Source: Zygnema circumcarinatum SAG 698-1b
Lineage: Eukaryota; Plantae; Zygnematophyceae
Length of the DNA stretch: 64,000 nt
Direction: 5' to 3'
Assembly (NCBI GenBank): GCA_037447605.1
Contig: CM074806.1
Span: 3,968,001 to 4,032,000, forward strand
In this document: positions 60,898-64,000 of the stretch, piece after piece
Numbering within the stretch: the stretch's first letter is position 1
Layout of the letters: each line of letters starts with the position of its first letter
Program-made: the position numbers and the translations under genes
The notes under the pieces: generated by a model
The model's input: the letters and a program-made list of their open reading frames with translations, nothing else
The model's database searches: none
Told to the model about the DNA's origin: nothing

Positions 60898-63800
60898 ATG
60901 GCTTCGCGCAAGGGGGGAGGGCCTGCAGTGGAGGAGGAGGCGGCCGGGCCGCTGCAGGCCGTACTCTTGGCTGACAGCTTCACGCAGAAGTTCCGTCCCA
61001 TTACTCTCGACCGGCCCAAGGTGTGTCAAGGAAAGCACTTGGAAGGGAGGGAAGGCATTTGTGAAGAGATAATGCACTATTAGCTTATAGATTTCCAGGG
61101 AAATAGCGGCATCTTTTTTTTTTTTAAAAGGGTAAAAGGTGGTTCTTGGAAGAAGAGGGAGTATGAACGTTGCTGGCAGCCTTACGCATGTACTGCCGCT
61201 TTTTGGAAGGTTAGAGTTAAGATTGGTATTTCCTGAGGTTAGGATCAATCTTAAAAAGTTGATTGAAATCGGGTTAGTCAGGGTTAGGGCCAGCTGTAGG
61301 GTTAAAACAAAGTGAGGGAACGATTAGAGCTGGGAAGTTTGGGTTTACAGTTCTGGTTAGGTCTAGTTGTGTGGCTTCGGTTTAGCTTAATATCGTCCAG
61401 GGTTTAGCTTAACTTCACGGTTGTAGAATGTAATGTTGCAACATTGGTTTCTGTTTAGCTGTTTGGTTAGGCATGTTTTCTTTCTCTGGATTATACAACT
61501 TTGCATAGTTCTTAAGATCACGCGCGCGCTCGCGCACACACCCGCACTCGTTTACGCCCTTCACGCTTTTCCTTCTTCTCTTTCTTTTTTGACGAATTTT
61601 AACATTTCGATATTGCAACCCGTAATGAACTTTGGAGCTACTTAATTATGCCCCTTATGCTACATGAGCATGTATCTTGGAAAGTATAGGGGCTATCATT
61701 TGAACGTTCCTCTCGAGGGAGGGCCGGGAGAGAGCTTGTAGTGACTCCTAAGCGCAAGTGTCTTTTACATTTGTACCAAAAGTTTTTTTATTTTTATTGA
61801 CAAGCTCTGCTTATTCTGAGCAATTCATGGTTGTCATGGCTCAACATTGTTTTCGTGGATATTGACGTTTTTCCACCACGATTGGGCCGACCTCCGTACT
61901 TCAAGCAATGGATCTGAAAGAACTTGTCGCCGTTTTTTGCATTCTGGTTCGCTGACTAATCGAAAAGCAACCTGCTTAAGTCGTTATTTAGGGTTTCTGA
62001 GATGCCCCTTCTGCCCCATCTGCAGGTACTCCTCCCTCTGGTGAACGTCCCCATGATTGACTACACGCTTGAGTGGCTCGCCACAGCGGGTGTGGAGGAG
62101 ATTTTTGTCTTCTGCTGCGCTCACTACCAGCAGCTGACCAGCCACGTGGACCGCCACTGGAAGCAGCAGCCGGGGCTGAAGGTCACCTGCATCGTCGCTT
62201 TGGACTGTGTCAGCGCGGGAGATGCATTGCGGCATATCGACCAGAAGGGAGTGGTAAGCGCATAGAGAGAGAGATGTAGTTCGCAATATATTATTTTCCT
62301 TCCGTTTATCTCTTTCCCTCATTGCTGCCGCTCCCCTGCTCCCATTCATCTCTCTCTTTCTCCAATCGGTTATGTCAGCCCTTTCCTGTACCTGCATTCC
62401 TTCCCTCTTCCCATCCAATTCTTTTTGGTCTTCTTAAGGATTCCCTGAATAAGTTGGGCAGCAGGAGTATGACGTCTTCACTGAGCCATTCCGTCAGCAC
62501 ACGGTCATTGATTTCTTTTTGTTCATGTCTTGCTCATACCCTTTATTTCGGGATCGTGTTTCACGATAATCTATATACAGAGGTAGATGTGGTTCACCCT
62601 AGTAGCGATATAAGCCAGGAGGTTTGAATTGCTTCAACAATACATTCATCTAATCTTTATGTGTCATGTTTGAAACTGCAGATTCGCAATGATTTTGTGC
62701 TTGTAAGTGGAGACACAGTATCAAATATGTCATTGGAGAAGCCATTAAAAGAACATCGTGAAAGGAGGAAACGCGATAAGCAGGCTGTCATGACTATGGT
62801 GGTTCGCCGTTCCAAACCACACTCTCTCACTCACCAGGTACATATACACCTGCCCCTGTCCTCTACGAACATTGGCCATTTATATGAAGTCAGTACACAC
62901 ATCAAGCTTGGCCTCCCCCTCACATGCAATCCCGTTTTGGTGACGTCGTGAAGCCATTTCTATGCAGACTCGTCTAGGGAACACAGAGCGCATATATGCC
63001 ATCAATTCGGAGTCCAAACAGCTGCTCATGTATGACTATGGCCAAGGGATGCGAAGCGAGAAGGAAAATTTGGCTGCCCAACGATCATCCCATGTTCTAA
63101 CTTTAGATAGAGCTCTTGTGGAGGAGCAGTCTTCAGTACAAGTTCGAACCGACTTACAAGTGAGTCTATTTGTTGGATTTCCCTGCGTGTTTTTTCTCAC
63201 TCGTGTTTATTCTAAGCATGGAGTGAACGGTAGAATTGACGTTGTTAGTTTGTTCGTGTCTTGAAAGGTGGTAAGCTTCGACCGGATAGAAGACTTTATG
63301 TGTCTTAGTTCTAACATCCAGCAACTTTGCAGGATTGTTACGTAGATATTTGTTCTCCCGAAGTCCTAATGTTATTTACGGATAACTTCGACTATCAAGA
63401 CACCCGGCGGGACTTTGTGAAAGGACTTTTGAGTGATGAGGTATGATAGGATGGCCCTGGGAGAGGGAGAGGGAGAGGGAGAGGGAGAGGGAGAGGGAGA
63501 GGGAGAGGGAGAGGAATAAGAAATCTTCCTAGTTTTTTTTGAGCTGCCTTTCCATGATTCACAATCGATCTGTTGAAGTTTCCGAACAAGCAAATTGTCT
63601 GTTGCAATTCTACACTTGCTCTTTGACTGCGAAATCCGGGCAGGTGATGGGAAACAAAATCTACACGTGTGAGATCACTTGCGAGTATGCAGCTCGCATT
63701 GACAACCTTCGCGCATATGATGTCGTCAGCCGTGACATCATCCATCGTTGGCTGCATCCCTTGGTCCCAGAAACCCAGTTGGGTAGTCACACAGCTATCG

Positions 63801-64000
63801 CGCGGGTCGACCGGGGAAACCGGTACAGGGAAGAGAGTGAGTTTCTCTCTCTCTCTTCTCTGCTTACCCCCCTCCTTTTCCTTATATTTATATCATTTCT
63901 TTTTTAAATTCCCTTCTTTTGCATTTTTATGATGGTCTTCCACAACTTTTTTCAGTTTTAGGCTCAATCACTATCGTGTTGACAAATCATTGGAAGAAAT
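60898..64000 (+). CDS. EIF2B5: Translation initiation factor eIF2B subunit epsilon, 5' part; runs off the window
   Basis: [102 protein letters not shown]. Confidence 0.96.

Overview
Gene-dense, intron-rich eukaryotic nuclear DNA from a green plant lineage. The proteins are streptophyte-like, and the (GA)n/(GAGAGG)n microsatellites, short introns and teloboxes suggest a compact charophyte-type alga or early land plant; the species cannot be determined from sequence alone. I reconstructed 14 protein-coding genes by eye from ORF fragments and GT-AG junctions: PIG-C, DUF985 cupin, FIP37/WTAP, an EF-hand protein, TMX2, OM61, a RING-H2 E3, MAP1A, cytochrome b561, mTERF, EMC8/9, MIP3/SCFD2, HRQ1 and eIF2B-epsilon (partial). 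The main unexplained signal is a conserved ~90-175 nt element in three same-strand copies (450-624, 20812-20903, 39462-39623) with invariant blocks CCATGTACATTTGATGG and TCGCCATCGTGAG. Each copy lies just downstream of a promoter-like region, and two have no protein-coding gene after them. It may be a new small RNA, uORF cassette or microprotein family. Other highlights are a near-perfect tRNA-Cys-like cloverleaf with a 6-nt anticodon loop inside a CTG-repeat 5'UTR intron of mTERF, a nest of Tc1/mariner-like MITE ends with interleaved inverted repeats, a zinc-ribbon-like N-terminus and ~70-aa insertion in PIG-C, and a 27-bp tandem array. Family assignments rest on recalled motifs, not database searches.
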